Origin: Sphagnum compactum
Lineage: Eukaryota
Assembly (NCBI GenBank): GCA_965153455.1
Contig: OZ234493.1
Span: forward strand, 21,194,213 to 21,258,212
Direction: 5' to 3'
DNA: 64,000 nucleotides
Shown: one piece after another, positions 38,201-53,054 of the stretch
Layout: every line of letters begins with the position of its first letter
Numbering within the stretch: the stretch's first letter is position 1
Made by a program: the position numbers and the translations under genes
The notes under the pieces: generated by a model
Told to the model about the DNA's origin: nothing
Database searches by the model: none
The model's input: the letters and a program-made list of their open reading frames with translations, nothing else

Positions 38201-41200
38201 GTTAAACTTTGTGGAAATAAACCTAGTAGAATCCATTACCACTTGATGGAATGAATGTCTCTTGCTTCATTCCTATTTGGAACAACCCCTACTTAAAACA
38301 TTTTAGCTTAGTCTTTTATACAACTTGAAAGATATTTTCGACCATCATGAGTGAAAGTTTAAGGCCAACCATTTGATTACACATTTTTAGTCATAGGGCT
38401 AATTGATTGACTAGTCATTTCAAGTGTTAAAAAACTTAAATTATCAACAAATTTAAAGATACAATGGTGGAGTGTGAAACAAATAGTTCAACAAAAAGGT
38501 CTCAAAAGAAATATTAAATATTAAATGACAACCAAAAAATATCAGTATGGAAAAAGAATACCATGTGATTAAGATAATAAAAAGACATGTGAATAGTAAA
38601 ATTAATGCACTAATCAAATGGTGGATCATAGTGAATTGAATTTGATAGTTTGTTTACATGACTGCATAATAACAAATTGATCTAGATTTGATAAAATAGA
38701 AAGTGAATGTGAAATGGTACCAACACCCCCTCTCATGTACTCAACCTTAAAAAACTAAATATAAAAACAATGGTGATATCAAGGTAAAAGGACTACACTT
38801 GTTCAACAATGTTTAATGAACATTTTTGAGAGTGTCTTTTTGTGGTGAGTCTTCCATCACTTTTTGTGTTTTATGAGAATTCATTCTAGAAAATTTATAA
38901 AATCTCTTTTGATTTTGTTTGCATGTGGTTGATGTAGTGAGAGCATTCTTGCTATGTGTTTGGACATTTTGTGTGTTTATTTGTGGTTTTGTTGAACAAA
39001 TAAATCTTTTTGTAGGAAACATGTTCCTAAAACTTATTTATTGCTCTCAAACTAATTTCAAATTAGAACTTGACTCATCATGCAACGATCATTGTTCCTT
39101 TACCAACTCAAATTCGATAATGCTTGAACATGAACCAAACATCTCTCAAAGTGGCTTTATAAATCACCCATTGACTATTCCCTTTATTCTTTTACATTGT
39201 TGCCACCACTTAAACATTGTAGTTTATATCCTAGACTAAATGATCAAAATTTTCCTTCTTTTTCTTTCCAACTTCAAAACGTGAACAAACCATGGCATTG
39301 AATAATTAATGAGTCTTTAGCATGAACTATACCATTAAAGTTTATGTTTTTAAACACTCGTGGGTACTTGTTGCATGTAAATAGAACATGTAGTTTTTAT
39401 TGTCACAAACAACTAGGTTATCAAATGAGATATATGAACAATATGTTCTTCCTTCTCCAACCTAATTTTCCATTGGAATGGGTGAACAATGATTTTTTTA
39501 TTCTTCATCTCCCTCTCCTTTAAAATGATTGAATAATTTTCCTCCTTCCATCACTTTCTCCCATCATTTGGTGAACATTATTTTTTCTTTTTTTTCCACC
39601 TTCCATTTCCTCTTGAAAGACTAAACATATTTTTTCCCCCCAAAATCCCTCTTTTCTTGAACATGTTGACTTTTTTTTGGTTCCCTACAAGCAACCTCTT
39701 CTATGCAATGGGTGAATTTTTTGTAAAACAAAACAATTCTATAATAGTTGGACTTTTATTTTGTCCCATATAACCACCCTATCATTTAGAATGGATGGAA
39801 CATTTTCTTTCTATTTGTATTCTAGAATGGGTATACTTTCTTTTGTCCCATACAACCACCCTCTTCTTCAGAATGGGTGGACAATTTTTTGAAAAACTTT
39901 TAACACTTGTTCTTGTGGAGTTGATAGACATTTTTTCCCCCTCATTTAATCTTGTCATTAAATATTGATGGGCATACCCCAATAAATTTTTTGATGGTGA
40001 AATTTTCCACCATATCAACCCTTATACATATAAGAGCATATTCTTAAGAAAGAGTTCATTTTTCTAAAACATGTTGCAAAAACAAATCACTAGTTTTAAA
40101 CCTAAGTATTAAGTAGGTTGCCAAAATTTAATAAAGAGCCTAAAAAGGTGGACATTGTCCATTTAATGTTCTAACTCTCTTGAAATGCACCTTATTGATA
40201 TTACAACATAAAATTTGGAAATATAAACTCTGTACCCTAGCATCACATCCCCAAGCCCCACTCTAACAATTTTTACAAAAAGTTAAGGTGGACCAAAAAT
40301 TGGCAAGAAAAAACATCCATTAAAGCTCATGTTTTACAAAAAAATTACACTATGCATCACATTTTTTGGCATGACACATTGCATAGGAATGCCAAAGTTG
40401 CAAATTGAAACAATGAAAAAAGAAAACACACATAATACCATTTGTGGGACAAGGTTTGAAAAAAGTGAATAAGTTCAATGTTCCATATTTATATCTTTTA
40501 AAAACTCAACATTGGACAAAAGATATGGGATAATACATTTTGCTCTTGATAACAACTTGAAATAGTAAAATTAGGCGTTTAGGGGAGAGTGATGAATGCA
40601 TTTTTCTTTTCCTTTTTTCATAAGGGTTATTTCTTGTGTTGAGTAGGGAGGGGAGGAAAAGGTGTAGGCTATTTAAATTACTCTCTTCTCTAAAAGAGTT
40701 ATTTCTTTTGGTGAATAAAATTTTGTTTCGAATGATGGATTTTTTCCCCCCATTTTTCAAAGGGGATATTTTTTTGAAGAGGCATGTAATCACTAAGGGT
40801 GAAAATATGATTGAATGTACAATTTTTAGACATATTTGTAGTACTAAAAAGGAGCTAGTACCAATGTGACTTTACTTTCAAATTGAATGAAATTAAGATG
40901 TTAAAAGTATCTGCTAAGGTTTAACCTTATTTTTAATCATATTGACATGGATTTCCAATGAAATTTGCATTGAAATTTACCTAAATGAATACTCAATTTG
41001 GAGCTTTCGACCAAATTTATTTAGAATTTTTTCAAGTTATTAAATTGTCCATTGTACTTATCCACCTAATTTCAATGAATCCAAAGATATATTTTTAACA
41101 TGATTTCTTAAGATCATGACCTAAGGCATGTCAAATTTGAACTAATTTGGTGTAAGTGTTAAAGTACATGAATTTTTTGAAGAAATTAGCCCTTTACACT

Positions 41201-44200
41201 TCTGAATTGAAAATATTCATTTCAAACCCAAACTTTTATGTGTTTGAATACATATGGATGTCTTAGATGGTGGAAAGTTTTCATTTTTTCAAAAAATCAA
41301 AGTTTGGTGGTACTATGTGTTGCATTAAGTTGTTTGTCGAGACATTTGGTGTTATGGCCAAAATACAATCAAAGTAAAATGTGATAATATCCAAATGTAA
41401 AACACTTCTATAATTGAAAGGTTGATTTCATGTAGATTGTGATTTTATCATTCAAATTCCATTAAATTCTTATATCATCTTGGTGTGATGTATTTTGTTA
41501 AAGAAACATGGACAACTATCATTTGGGACAATACTTTGGTGCACTCAATAATAGTTGCACTTAGAACAAGGTTTTAAATATCTTGAAATGGTTTACATAT
41601 AACATTAGAAATTTGGTAATTGGCACTAAAAGATGAAAAGGGAAAAAGAAACAAAGAAATTGTAATTATTTCCAACTTGTATATATATTTTTAAATGAAT
41701 AAATTTTTATTTAATATACCAATTTAATTTATTTTTCTTGAAAATATCCTCAAATGCTTTATTAAATATGGTGGAATTACATTAAAAAATATCAAATTCA
41801 ACCACCTTTAGCATTTTTTTCACTTTTTTATAAAAGAAAAGTTGAAACTTTTTAATAAAAAATAGTTTAAATAGTCAAATTGGCACTAGAAAGACCAAAA
41901 AATTCCCAATGTTTTTGTTGAAAGATGGTGAAATTTCGCCAAGAAAAAAAACATTGCCCCCACCCTTTCAAATAAGTAAACCATTACCACCCCACTAAAA
42001 GAAACACCCCCTTTAAAGACCAACCCCCTCCACCACCACCAACCCCGCACAAGAAACAACTCCTTAGAACCCAAAAACATAAAATGAAAACCCAACCCAA
42101 CCCTCCTTTTTCCCTCTCTTTTAAATTTCCACCTATAACCTTTAAATCCCACCCCACCTACCTTTAAAGAGGACAAAATCTACACCCAAACTTGTAACCT
42201 TATCGATAAAGTCTACTTTTGATTATTTGCCCACTATACGCGCTCAATATGAATTCCCACAATGCTTATGTAGGATAGAGCCAAGAAAGCCAACAAAGTT
42301 CATTCATACCCTACCACCTTAGTATTTATTTTGTCAAATTTCAATTGCACATGTCCATCACATATTCTTGGTGATGCGATTTTGACATTCTAATTTTGTT
42401 TTTGTTTTGGGGTTCCAACTTTTTGATAGCATCTAACCAATTTTTTCTTGTTGGCTTAGTTGATTATACATCCTTCATGAGGAACTTTGTTGAACGTGTC
42501 ATATACATTGAAAGTTATCCATAAAGACAATAAAACCCAAGATTAGAACCTTTGGTTTCACTAAAATTAAAGACCAAAGGAGGAAATCAAACTTCCTCCC
42601 TAACCTAAGATAATTTGAGTTTTTTTTTATCTCTTTTGTTTTGTTATCCACCTAAGGGCCTACATAGGTTATGGGATGGCCAAGGAGGACTTAGGGAATT
42701 ATACAAAGCTACCTAAGGGGTTAGCTAAAGATTTCCTATGTTAAGAGACGCTACTTAAAATTGACTCCTATTACGAAAGGGGGTTACATATTCTTACCTA
42801 GGGGACTATATAGGATAAGGGTTATCAAAAGCCTAAATTGTGTGACATTACTTACAAAATAGTGTGCCATTTTGAAAAATTCAATATACTTGGGATTTAT
42901 GTTGCTCAACAATATTGGAGTGATAATCAACTTGCATAAGGTCAAAATATTTTTATATTTTCATTTTTTTGAATCCTACAATAGAAAAAATAATTCCATG
43001 ATCGTGTATATGTTTTTCATGAAATCATTTCCACTTCCATTCATTCTAGAACATGAAATCAATCTTTGCCTAGTGAAAACATTTTAAATATGTGTATGAA
43101 TGACACCAAGAAATTCTTGAAACCATATCAATCTAAAAGAAAAGATTAAAAATTTTAACCTTTTATCTAATGTGATGTGACCTTTTTAAATTCAAATATT
43201 GGTGTTGCTTGGGAGCAAAAAAGATTCTATTTCCATATGTGACAATTGAAAGGTGATCATATAAAAAGGAAAATATCAAAAGGTTTTAACATGAAATTGT
43301 TAAGTTTACAGATTGTGCAAAAATCTCTAACTAATATAAACCCCAATATCCCATCACTAAACTTTTGTATATTTACAATCCAAATTCATGTTATATAAGG
43401 CACATGTATTTCATCCAAATATATAAATATATATAGGCCTTTTATATTGGTATTGGTGGAAATGCTCTACATCTAACATGCCCTAGTTATGAATTAAACC
43501 CATTGACTTTGATGTATTAACTTCACTTGCTTAAATATGAAAACCACCGCAACCAAAAAATTGTCAATGTGTACAAAATGTAAAAAACATAAAAAAACAA
43601 GTTTCAATTTAACTACAATCACACACAAAAGATAAAGAAAAGATCATGAAGTATGTAAGAAAATGTTTACATAAAATTTCATGAATCCATATTATAAAAA
43701 GGTTGGAATCACAAAACAAAACAAACAAGATTAAAACATAAGGTCATACTTCAAATTGGTGTTGAACATATTTCAAGTAATGGTATTACTTTTACACATA
43801 TTTGGGGACCTAGCTCAAAGAAGTTTTCATCGAAGGTTTCATATGACTATTTGAAAAAAAAAAAATCAACACTTTGAATACCTATTGTGAATGAAATACA
43901 AATGGAATATTTTATTGTTATAAAATTATTTAATGTTAAGGTAGGTTATAGGATGTCATTATTGACACACATTTTTTTGTGTTATTCAAGAACAAAGGTC
44001 ATTGTGGAGGATTGTAATGCAATGAAGTAAAATTCAACATATTACAAGGGCATATTTTATTATTTTACATATACAAGTTTTTAGTGCCAATGAATTATAG
44101 ATGAATGTTTTTTGGAACATCACAATTGAGTTTTCTCTAGTGTGGGGGTGGGTATTTAATTTGTTATCAAACCCATGTTGGGTATCAACCTATGTATACA

Positions 44201-45523
44201 AGTTTATAACTAACGGAGGTTAAATTCTCAACCTAGGTTAACCTACAATAGCCTAGTAATTTTTGAGCTCTTTCATTTGTTTTTCTTGTTGTATTTTAAA
44301 CTTTAATCTCATTATATCTTCTCCATTTTGCATGTACTTTGAAGCAATTGCATTGAGAATCAAATGTCGAGGAAAGTTTGGGAATTGGGTACACTTGTTT
44401 TGTTGCCTTTCATTGGGTGATCAAAAGCTTTCAGCTATGGCTTTTTTTTCACCTTCTTGCATGTATTCCAAGGGGCATGCAAAGTATAGTGCTGGTAGTG
44501 GAAAATTTTGACAATCTACCATAACATGTTTATTATCTATTGCATTTCAATGAGTGTTTGAATTATTGCATTGATTTTCTTTTCATTATATCACCTATGT
44601 TTTGAGGTAATTTCATGATCCCACAATGGTGGGCGAATATCATAAACCCTTGGTTCCAAGCTTTGTCACAACTTGCCAAATGTTTGACAATTTGAAATCA
44701 AGCTTTTGTTTTCAATTTCATGTTCCCTTTCACTAGGGTTTGATGTTTAAGTTTTTAAATTTTAGAATTCAATTGTTTTTAGTCATTTCTAACTTCAAAC
44801 CTTTTAGTTTTTAACCATAGACAAAAATCAATGGGTTCTTTTAATCTCATCATCAATATTCATAATTTCAATCCTAATCAAATAATTGTATAAATTTCTT
44901 ACAAGATTTGGTAATAATGATAATGTGCAACCTTGGCACGAAGGTGGAGAAGTGTATCTTCCGAAGGTAGTTGTTGTTAATGAATCTTACATAACTAAAA
45001 TGTGCATGTAAAATTTACAAAAGTAAGGTGTGGTTTGGAAGTTTCATAACCACAATTCTCCAACATAGGCATTTTAAAAATTAATTAATAAACATTAAAA
45101 GAAAAGTTTCAATTTGCAATTGTAATTTGCAACTAAAAATAAATCACAACCAGCCTATACAACTAAAATTCCATTAGTTGCATAAGTGAAGTCACATGCA
45201 ATATCTAATTGCAAATGATGACTTAACATGATGTCATCACATTCCACATGGATGATGTATACAATCAACATATACACCTTCATCCGTTGACCATTCATAT
45301 AAGGTTTGCAACTATTCCCCATTATTTGCAACTATGTTATAACCTATTACATAATGCCATGTGGCAACATAAGAAATTTCAAAATATGTCTTTAAATTAC
45401 ATATTGGCCGATTTTCATCATCTATTTTGAATGGTATTAGATCATGCCATGTGGGCATAATAAAAAAATTGCCACGTGGCATGTTAATTGAATTTTGGCC
45501 AAAATACATTTAAATTAATGTTT

Positions 45524-46890
45524 AGGTAGGTATGTATGCAGGTACGTAAGTAGGTAGGAAAGAAGGTAGGTAGGACTAGGTAGGTAGGTGGGTAAGTAAA
45601 CTAGGAAGTATATATGTAAATATTCTAATTTTATTTTAGGTTGGACCTTTAGGTTTAAGCCTCTTTCATTGGCTCATCCCAAATTACACATGTCTCTAAT
45701 ATAAAAATGTAAAACAAAACACCTTCATTAGATACTCTTACAAGATGGAAATGGAAGACAAAACATGGGATAAGTTTTTTAGTTGCAACCTAGTTTGCGA
45801 CTAAGTTGAAATTAAGTTGCAATTAAAAAGTTTATCCCATATGTTGTCTTTTTTTTCAAGTTTGTAAACTATATATTTAATAGGTGATTTACTAATTAAC
45901 TAACTAACTAACCAAAACTAATTGATTAACTAAACATTAACTAATTGCTTACCCACTTATCAACCTACCTACTACTTATTACCACCTACTAGTTAGATAG
46001 TAACTAATAGTAACATAAACTATTTAAATTATTACACAAATTACTAAATTATTGACAAATAATAAACTTAATTAATTAATATATTTAATAGATAATCTAA
46101 TTTAAATAAATAATAATTAGTATATTTATTACTCATAATAATAATAATAATATACTATAGTTATTAATAAGTATCAGTAAAAATTTAAAATAATCTAAAA
46201 TTAAAATAAATTAATAACTAGTTCATTTCTATTCATATTAAATTATATTAATTATCTAGCAAACAATTTATTAGTATTATTTAAATAACTAACCAATAAT
46301 AACACAATATATTTAAAATATTGGATAATAATAAATTTCAGTAATTAATAAGTTTAGTAAATTTTTTAATTTAATTATTAATTATTACTTTGAACCAATT
46401 AATTACCTTGTAATTAATAGTAACCAATATTTATATTGAATATAGTAGGTAGTTCTACCTACTTAATTATTTAACTATTTACTTATCAACATGCCTAGCC
46501 TACATAGCCACAATATATGCAAAATGTATATTGAATATGCCCTAAATATAATATTATTGAATTCCTAAATCTATATATATATATCCCTAATATATTCCAA
46601 AACACCTGAAGATATATCAAAGGTATATGTAAATCACATAGAAGTAACCCAATTGCAACTATTCTTGTAACTAATTAAATATAAAGGCCCCTTCTCGGAT
46701 GAAAAGCCCAAAAATTAATCATCATAAAAGGATGTAAAACCTAATAGTTGCAAATTAGTTACACCATAGTTGTAAGAAAAATAATAGATTGAAACAAATG
46801 GTGATTAATTGCAAAATGACAAAACATAGTTACAAATAACATTTAGTTGCATAGAATTGCAAATTGAATGGTTGCATAATACAATATTTG
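45524..46890 (+). mobile_element. AT-rich non-autonomous repeat (left arm), inverted homologue of 50170-52378
   Basis: 45540-45910 aligns by eye to the reverse complement of 52015-52375, and 46690-46890 to that of 50170-50365. There is an internal hairpin at 45765-45841. Confidence 0.65.
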
Positions 46891-47279
46891 TTCTAATTAT
46901 TAACCAACCTATTAACCTTTCCTAGAAACAAATCATGTGTTGTAGAATATGCCATGTATTAAATGTGTTGATCCTAAAATCTTAACCATGTGTATTACAT
47001 GATGGAAAAGTATAATTGTTTACCATAAGTCCAATGGCATAACAACCATGAAAAACATGTTGATGTTGAAAAACTTTAATTAATGCATATATTGTAAAAC
47101 AAATAATGGCCCACTTGATCATGAGTTAATTAATTAAGAAATGGACACATGTAAGCCCAATTGTTATTTTTGGATTTTTCAACTTTATATACAATTAAAA
47201 AAGGACCATGAAACCCAAATTAGTCTTATGGAGGATGTCATGGTATTTGTGATAACCTTAGGGTTTACATATGAAGATA

Positions 47280-49100
47280 ATTGAATCCATTTGGTTCCAA
47301 ATATTGGCATACATTTATGCCCAAGGGTGACTAATGTTCTTGGTTTGGAAAGTTTTGTGGAAGAGGTTTTACCTAGTGGAGAAAACAATGGTTGCATATG
47401 TGCAATCAACACTAGTTTCAAGTTTATCTACCAATTTCACTAATGTTTGTGGATATTGGAATAGGTGCATGATGTGTTCATTGTAGTTGTTAATTTTAGA
47501 ATGGGAGGCCAAACACATCACTATTGGGTTATTTGAAGTAATATTAATGCCAATTACATGACTACGGTTCCTAAGCTACAACAAATTTTTCACATCTTTT
47601 CCCTTATGCACAGATTTTGTAACATGAAAGATGATGGGTTGAACTTGTAAACATGTGCAACCACTTTGAATTGAACTGTTTCATGTAGCCACTTGGTAAT
47701 GCTAGAACATTTGGTGGGTTATTTTTTGGGCATGCACTATCTAAGGTCTACTAACATGTTATTACAAATGAAAAAATAGCTCATGGGTTGCATTATGCAA
47801 ACATAAAGGTAGTTCAAGTTGACATAAGAAAATGTAATACTTGGTCCAAAATTTTTAAAGGGAAGCTAGCATGGGACTAAGCTTGCATATATTATGGATT
47901 GAAGCTTAGACAATTGAACATTCATGTCAAGATTATGTATGTGATTTTTTCTTCAACTTTTTGATCATAACATTTAGATGACCACATGTAATCTATAGGG
48001 TTATCAATGTAATTCTTTGGTGTTGTAAACCTCAAACTGCAAATTTGATTATGTTGTTGATTACATGTGTTTGTAAGTAAGGTAATAATATTCCAAGATG
48101 CTTTGATTTTTTGGAGTGCCATTGCATTGTGTTACATCCAACAATCAACAACAATATGAAGTGACATACTTTTTCCAACCACATGGGCAGTTTGGGAAGT
48201 TGTGAAGGTTCTATCACCAATTGTGAAAGGTTATGTTTTGAACCAAAGATAGGGACATTGGTTTCTTAAGGATGCCTTTTAATTTATCATATTGACATGC
48301 CAAGAAATTTGGGGGAAAAAATATATGTCACAAAGTTCTTAATAGTTTGGTTGAAGAAGAGGCAAACATTTTCTTATCTTGAGTTGGAACAATTCATTGT
48401 TCACATGGACAACAAATATTGGAAGTTCTTCAACCTTTCATTTCTTTTACATGCATTTGATAGGAAAAAAGGCCTAACATGTTGGTGTTGATGGTGGATT
48501 TAAGAACATGTACTTGTCAACAAGTATGTGGGGCACGAAAATGCGATTAGCTTAGATGTTGGATATCATGGGAATTTTATGTTGCCTTTGATGTTGGAGG
48601 CTTATAAGTTGTTGATTGCCAAAAGGGTTGCAAAACTTGAAGAGTTTGGTTCTAGTATGGGCTTTCAAGATTTGTTCCATTTATTTTTGACACGTAAGTC
48701 CATTTACAAAGAGATTGTCTTGAGAGAGCTATATTTATTTTATTGTTATCCTATTGATGCAAAAACTTGCAAATGTGCTTTAACATGGTGGTGCATTAAA
48801 GAACCCGAGTTTCCCATTGTGGCTATACTAATGTACCATAGATTTTTGGCATCATATACTTAGTCTAATTGAGATTTTAGTCTAATTTTTAAAAATTCCA
48901 TTTTTAGAATCTTCATTGCTCTTTACACATGTTGTTTTTAAACAAATGATCTTTGTGAACAAAAATTGGCCTTCCTATCCACATGTTGGATGCATGAAAA
49001 CTTCTAACTTTGGATCTACATGGGAAGAAATTTGAAGTTGACAAAGGAGCTAGAAGCCGAATTTGAAAACAAAAAGAAGTGCAAAAAAAATTCAAAAACA
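47280..49100 (+). mobile_element. Degenerate hAT transposase remnant, same family as 7530-9460
   Basis: Fragments DVFIVVVNF..WEAKHITIGLFEV, CKCALTWWCIKEPEFPIVAIL and VNKNWPSYPHVG parallel the motifs of the 7.5-9.5 kb remnant. Many stops and frameshifts. Confidence 0.75.
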
Positions 49101-50169
49101 TATGGTCCATTTTAGACAGCTCCATGACTATGTTCATAACGAACATTTGAAAATGGTGAAGTGATGTTTGTGTTATTATTTTCAATAGTGCATTTTCCAA
49201 GATTTTTGATGGTTTGGTGGCTTTGTGTTCCATCCTAAAATATGGGAAAATTGGCATAATGAGGAGAAATAATAGATTGGTGTGTTTTATGGATTTTTTT
49301 GGTGTTGGTTGATTATGTCATGCATCTCTACAATTCATTTGTGTGTTTTTTGGTCTTTTGTGTCTTTTAGTCTTTTGTCAACTTATGGGGTTTATTTTTA
49401 TAGTGCATATGTAGATATGCAAATGTGTCATGGGCAAGTTCATGGTAAATTATGGTCCAAGTATGGTTGGTGTACCTAAAAGGATTGTCTCATTTAATAT
49501 CCAATGGACTCCCTCACTTAAACATGTCGTTGAAACTTAATAGCACATTCATATTGAAAGTTTTTTTTCCTTCGCAAATACATACATTATTAAGGTACTA
49601 TTTTATACATAAAACTTCAAATTTGAACAAGTTTAAGGATTCCTAACAAATCTTAGAAAACTTTCCAAGACTTTGGCTAGTGAGAAAAAATAATTCAAGA
49701 ACCCATAAGGAACGTTTAAATAAATTATTTTGCCTCAAGATTTTTACCGCAAACATTATGATGTAATATACTCTCAAGAATGACATATGAAAGTATGAAT
49801 AATTTTATCAACATTTGAAGGTTAAAAAAATTACTTTCACAACACCAAAATGCAACTTTCATGACTAGGACATTTTGCAGCTATGTGTTAATTTAGTCAT
49901 GTAATCATATGTCCTTAGTCATATACTCTTAATTATCTTTGCAACTACATTATGATTACATGACTACAATTCCACTATGACTACATGACTAACATACCTA
50001 TGTTAGTAACTTATTTATGTACTAACTACTTATAGGTAAGTGCCTATTAATTGTTACCTATGCAATTATTAAATATGTACCTACTAGTTATTAAGTAGGT
50101 CCTACCTAGTAACCACCTTCGTATATACCATAGTAGGTAGTAAATATTTATTATTTAGTAACTATAGTG

Positions 50170-52378
50170 GGTATTGGCCAAAATGTATTCATTCTATTTG
50201 TGATTACATGCAACTATTAGTCATTTGCAACTACCTTTGAAAATTTTTGCAACTATTTCTTGCGTTGGTAATAATTGCAACTAGATTGCAATTAATTTGT
50301 GACAATTTTGATTCCCATCCTTCCATGTGAATAAGATTTAATTTAGTTTTCATCCAAGAAGAACAATTTTTGTCCCATTAATTACAAATGTCACCAATTT
50401 AATTGTAGCTTTGTGAGTATACAAAGGTGCATTTTATGTATTCTAAAAGGTACAGTTGGGTGTATTAATATTTACAAATGTATACTTTGAATGTATATGA
50501 ACGACCATATTACATGTGTATTCAAGTATTATTATTAATATAAATGGCTTCAATATTATGGTTATTCTAGGTGTATATTTTGAGTAGATTATAATTTTAA
50601 GTAAAATAATTTAAAAATATATTACATCCATATTATAAGTTTATCCAAAAATCTTATTATACTTCATAAAATGATTACAAATGATATTATAATTATTATA
50701 TTATATAGTTTTATTAATTACCTTATAATAAAAAAATTAAAATATATTATCTTGTATTAAATTTTTAAAATAATATTATTTTATAACACAATGATGATGT
50801 TGATGATAATCATGATATTAATATGATAGCAATAATAATAATAATATAATTAATCAAATTAGAGCCATTATGCCTACTAAAATTATTAATTTTATTATTA
50901 TTTGATATTTATAGTTTATACGAGCTACAAAAATTGACATAATAATAAATATAAATAAATAAATAATTAACCTAATTTAAATAGGACTTCCAATATAATT
51001 TTAATTTAATTGAATTTAGTATATTTTAATATATATGCTTTTATTTCTAATTATTGAAATAATTACTTTAAAATATAATAAAATATTATATAATTACTGC
51101 AATTATTTTCAAAGGCCTAATGTAATTAATAATAATAATTATTATTATTATTATCCATTATTAAAAACATTATTGTAACAATCATAATAACTATAACAAG
51201 TCACATAATAATATATATTATAATAATAATAAGCTAGCCTAGGCTAGCTACAAATTACATTATTCTTATCATCATTATTATAGGTAATTAATTATTAACT
51301 ATTACTACATGAAATTAATTACTGAAATAATTCATATATGTTTAAATTTTACTTTAAATTTTAACTTATTTAATGATTATAACCAATTACTGAAATATTA
51401 ATTTTATTTGAAATTTATTATTTTATAATAATTACTATAATAGTTAGTAATGAAAATCTGATTAATTATTATATATGAAAAAAAAAATTCAAAGGAAAAA
51501 TATACTTATTAAAAATATTTAGTATTTAATATAATATTTCATAAATAGCTATAACAAATGAAATAATAATATGAATAGTAAAAGTAAAATAGTTAGCCTA
51601 GGCCACATATTAATTATATTTTTAGAGTTTTAAAATTTAGTATTTCATATATAACTAATATTTAATAATTATTAACTAGTCAATATTTCAGTTATTATAC
51701 TAATTTATTTTTTATGAACTATTAAGCAATAAGTTATTGATAATTAGCCAGTTATTTCAATAGTAGCCAATTATTAGTTAATTGAATTAGTTGATAGATC
51801 ATTATAGTTAATGTATGATTAAAATTAAAATTATATTACTATTTATTTAACTTATAAATTTTTTAATTTTTAATAAAAATAATAATATAAGTAGTTCAAT
51901 TGTCATATAATTATGTAATAAAAAATGATTGATGGTTATTACTATAAGTAATTATTTAGTTTATAGTTTATTCATTAATTAATCAAAAATCATATTAGCT
52001 AATTTATTAATTAACTACTCAATTAGTTAGTTAATCACTTACCCACCTAATTATATAATTTACAAAAATTTAAATAAGAATAAAAATATAGGATAAACTT
52101 TTTAATTGCAAGTAGTTCGCAACTGAAAATGTTTGGTCACAAATAAGTTGCAACTAAAAAAATTATCCCATATGTTTTGACTTTCATTCTTATCTTGAAA
52201 AACATATAAACAAAAAACATTCTCTTACATTTTCATGTTTAAAAACATGGGCATATAGGACGAGCTAATAAAAAAGGTTTAACCAAAAACAAAATATAAA
52301 TATTCATGTATTTACTCCTAATTACCTACCTCTCTAACCTACCTACCTACCTATTTACCTACTTGTCTACCTACATAG
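50170..52378 (-). mobile_element. AT-rich non-autonomous repeat (right arm), inverted homologue of 45524-46890
   Basis: Same modules in reverse order: TTGCAACT-rich block, very AT-rich core, hairpin at 52087-52172, and (TACC)n end. Confidence 0.65.
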
Positions 52379-52925
52379 GTAGGTATGCCTAGGTAGGTAG
52401 GTTATATATTATTAGGTAGACACCTTAGTTTAGTAGCTAGATTAAGCTACTTAAGTAAGCAGAAAATAATTGTTTATGATAATGGTGACAATTTTTATCA
52501 TGTAAGAAAATGTGGTGCAATGGTTGACTTAATATTTCAATGTGAAGAAGGTGAGAAGTTCAAGTCCTCACAATTACAATTTAATCTTATAAGGCTAACT
52601 AGGTTAGATTAGCTAACTAGTTTAAGCTAGCTTGTTAGTTTAGCCTAAGTACTTAGCCTAGCCTAAGTTGTTAGTTAGGTTAGATTTTATGTAGGTTAGG
52701 TTTTTAGCCTAACATACCCTAGGTTAATAAGCTAGGAGAATATATATTTTTGATGTCTTTCATGATTATAGTTGCAAAAGTCATAGTTGTAAAAAACATT
52801 GTCTTTCATGACTACAATCATGAAAAACATTTAAAATATGACCTGGTCATGGATGTAATCGTGGATTGGGGATTGGCATTGTGTTTAACATTTGTAACTA
52901 CTTCAATGCATCAACATTTGATTTA

Positions 52926-53054
52926 TCTTTTGATGGGGCCCATGTGTGTAGTGCATTTGTTTGATGCATCTATGTGCTTAGTTTCTTTTGATGGGGCCCA
53001 TGTGTGTAGTGCATTTGTTCAATGCATCTATGTGCTTAGTTTCTTTTGATGGGG
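52926..53054. repeat. 58-bp tandem repeat, 2.2 copies
   Basis: tcttttgatggggcccatgtgtgtagtgcatttgtt..atgcatctatgtgcttagtt starts at 52926 and 52984, with a partial copy at 53042. Confidence 0.9.

Noticed and set aside
45470-45482. G-box palindrome TGCCACGTGGCA
   Set aside because: It lies in repeat sequence with decayed sister motifs and no nearby gene.
46000-52050. Extremely AT-rich tracts as organellar or foreign DNA
   Set aside because: No organellar gene or tRNA is recognisable; the tracts are the cores of the inverted repeat arms.
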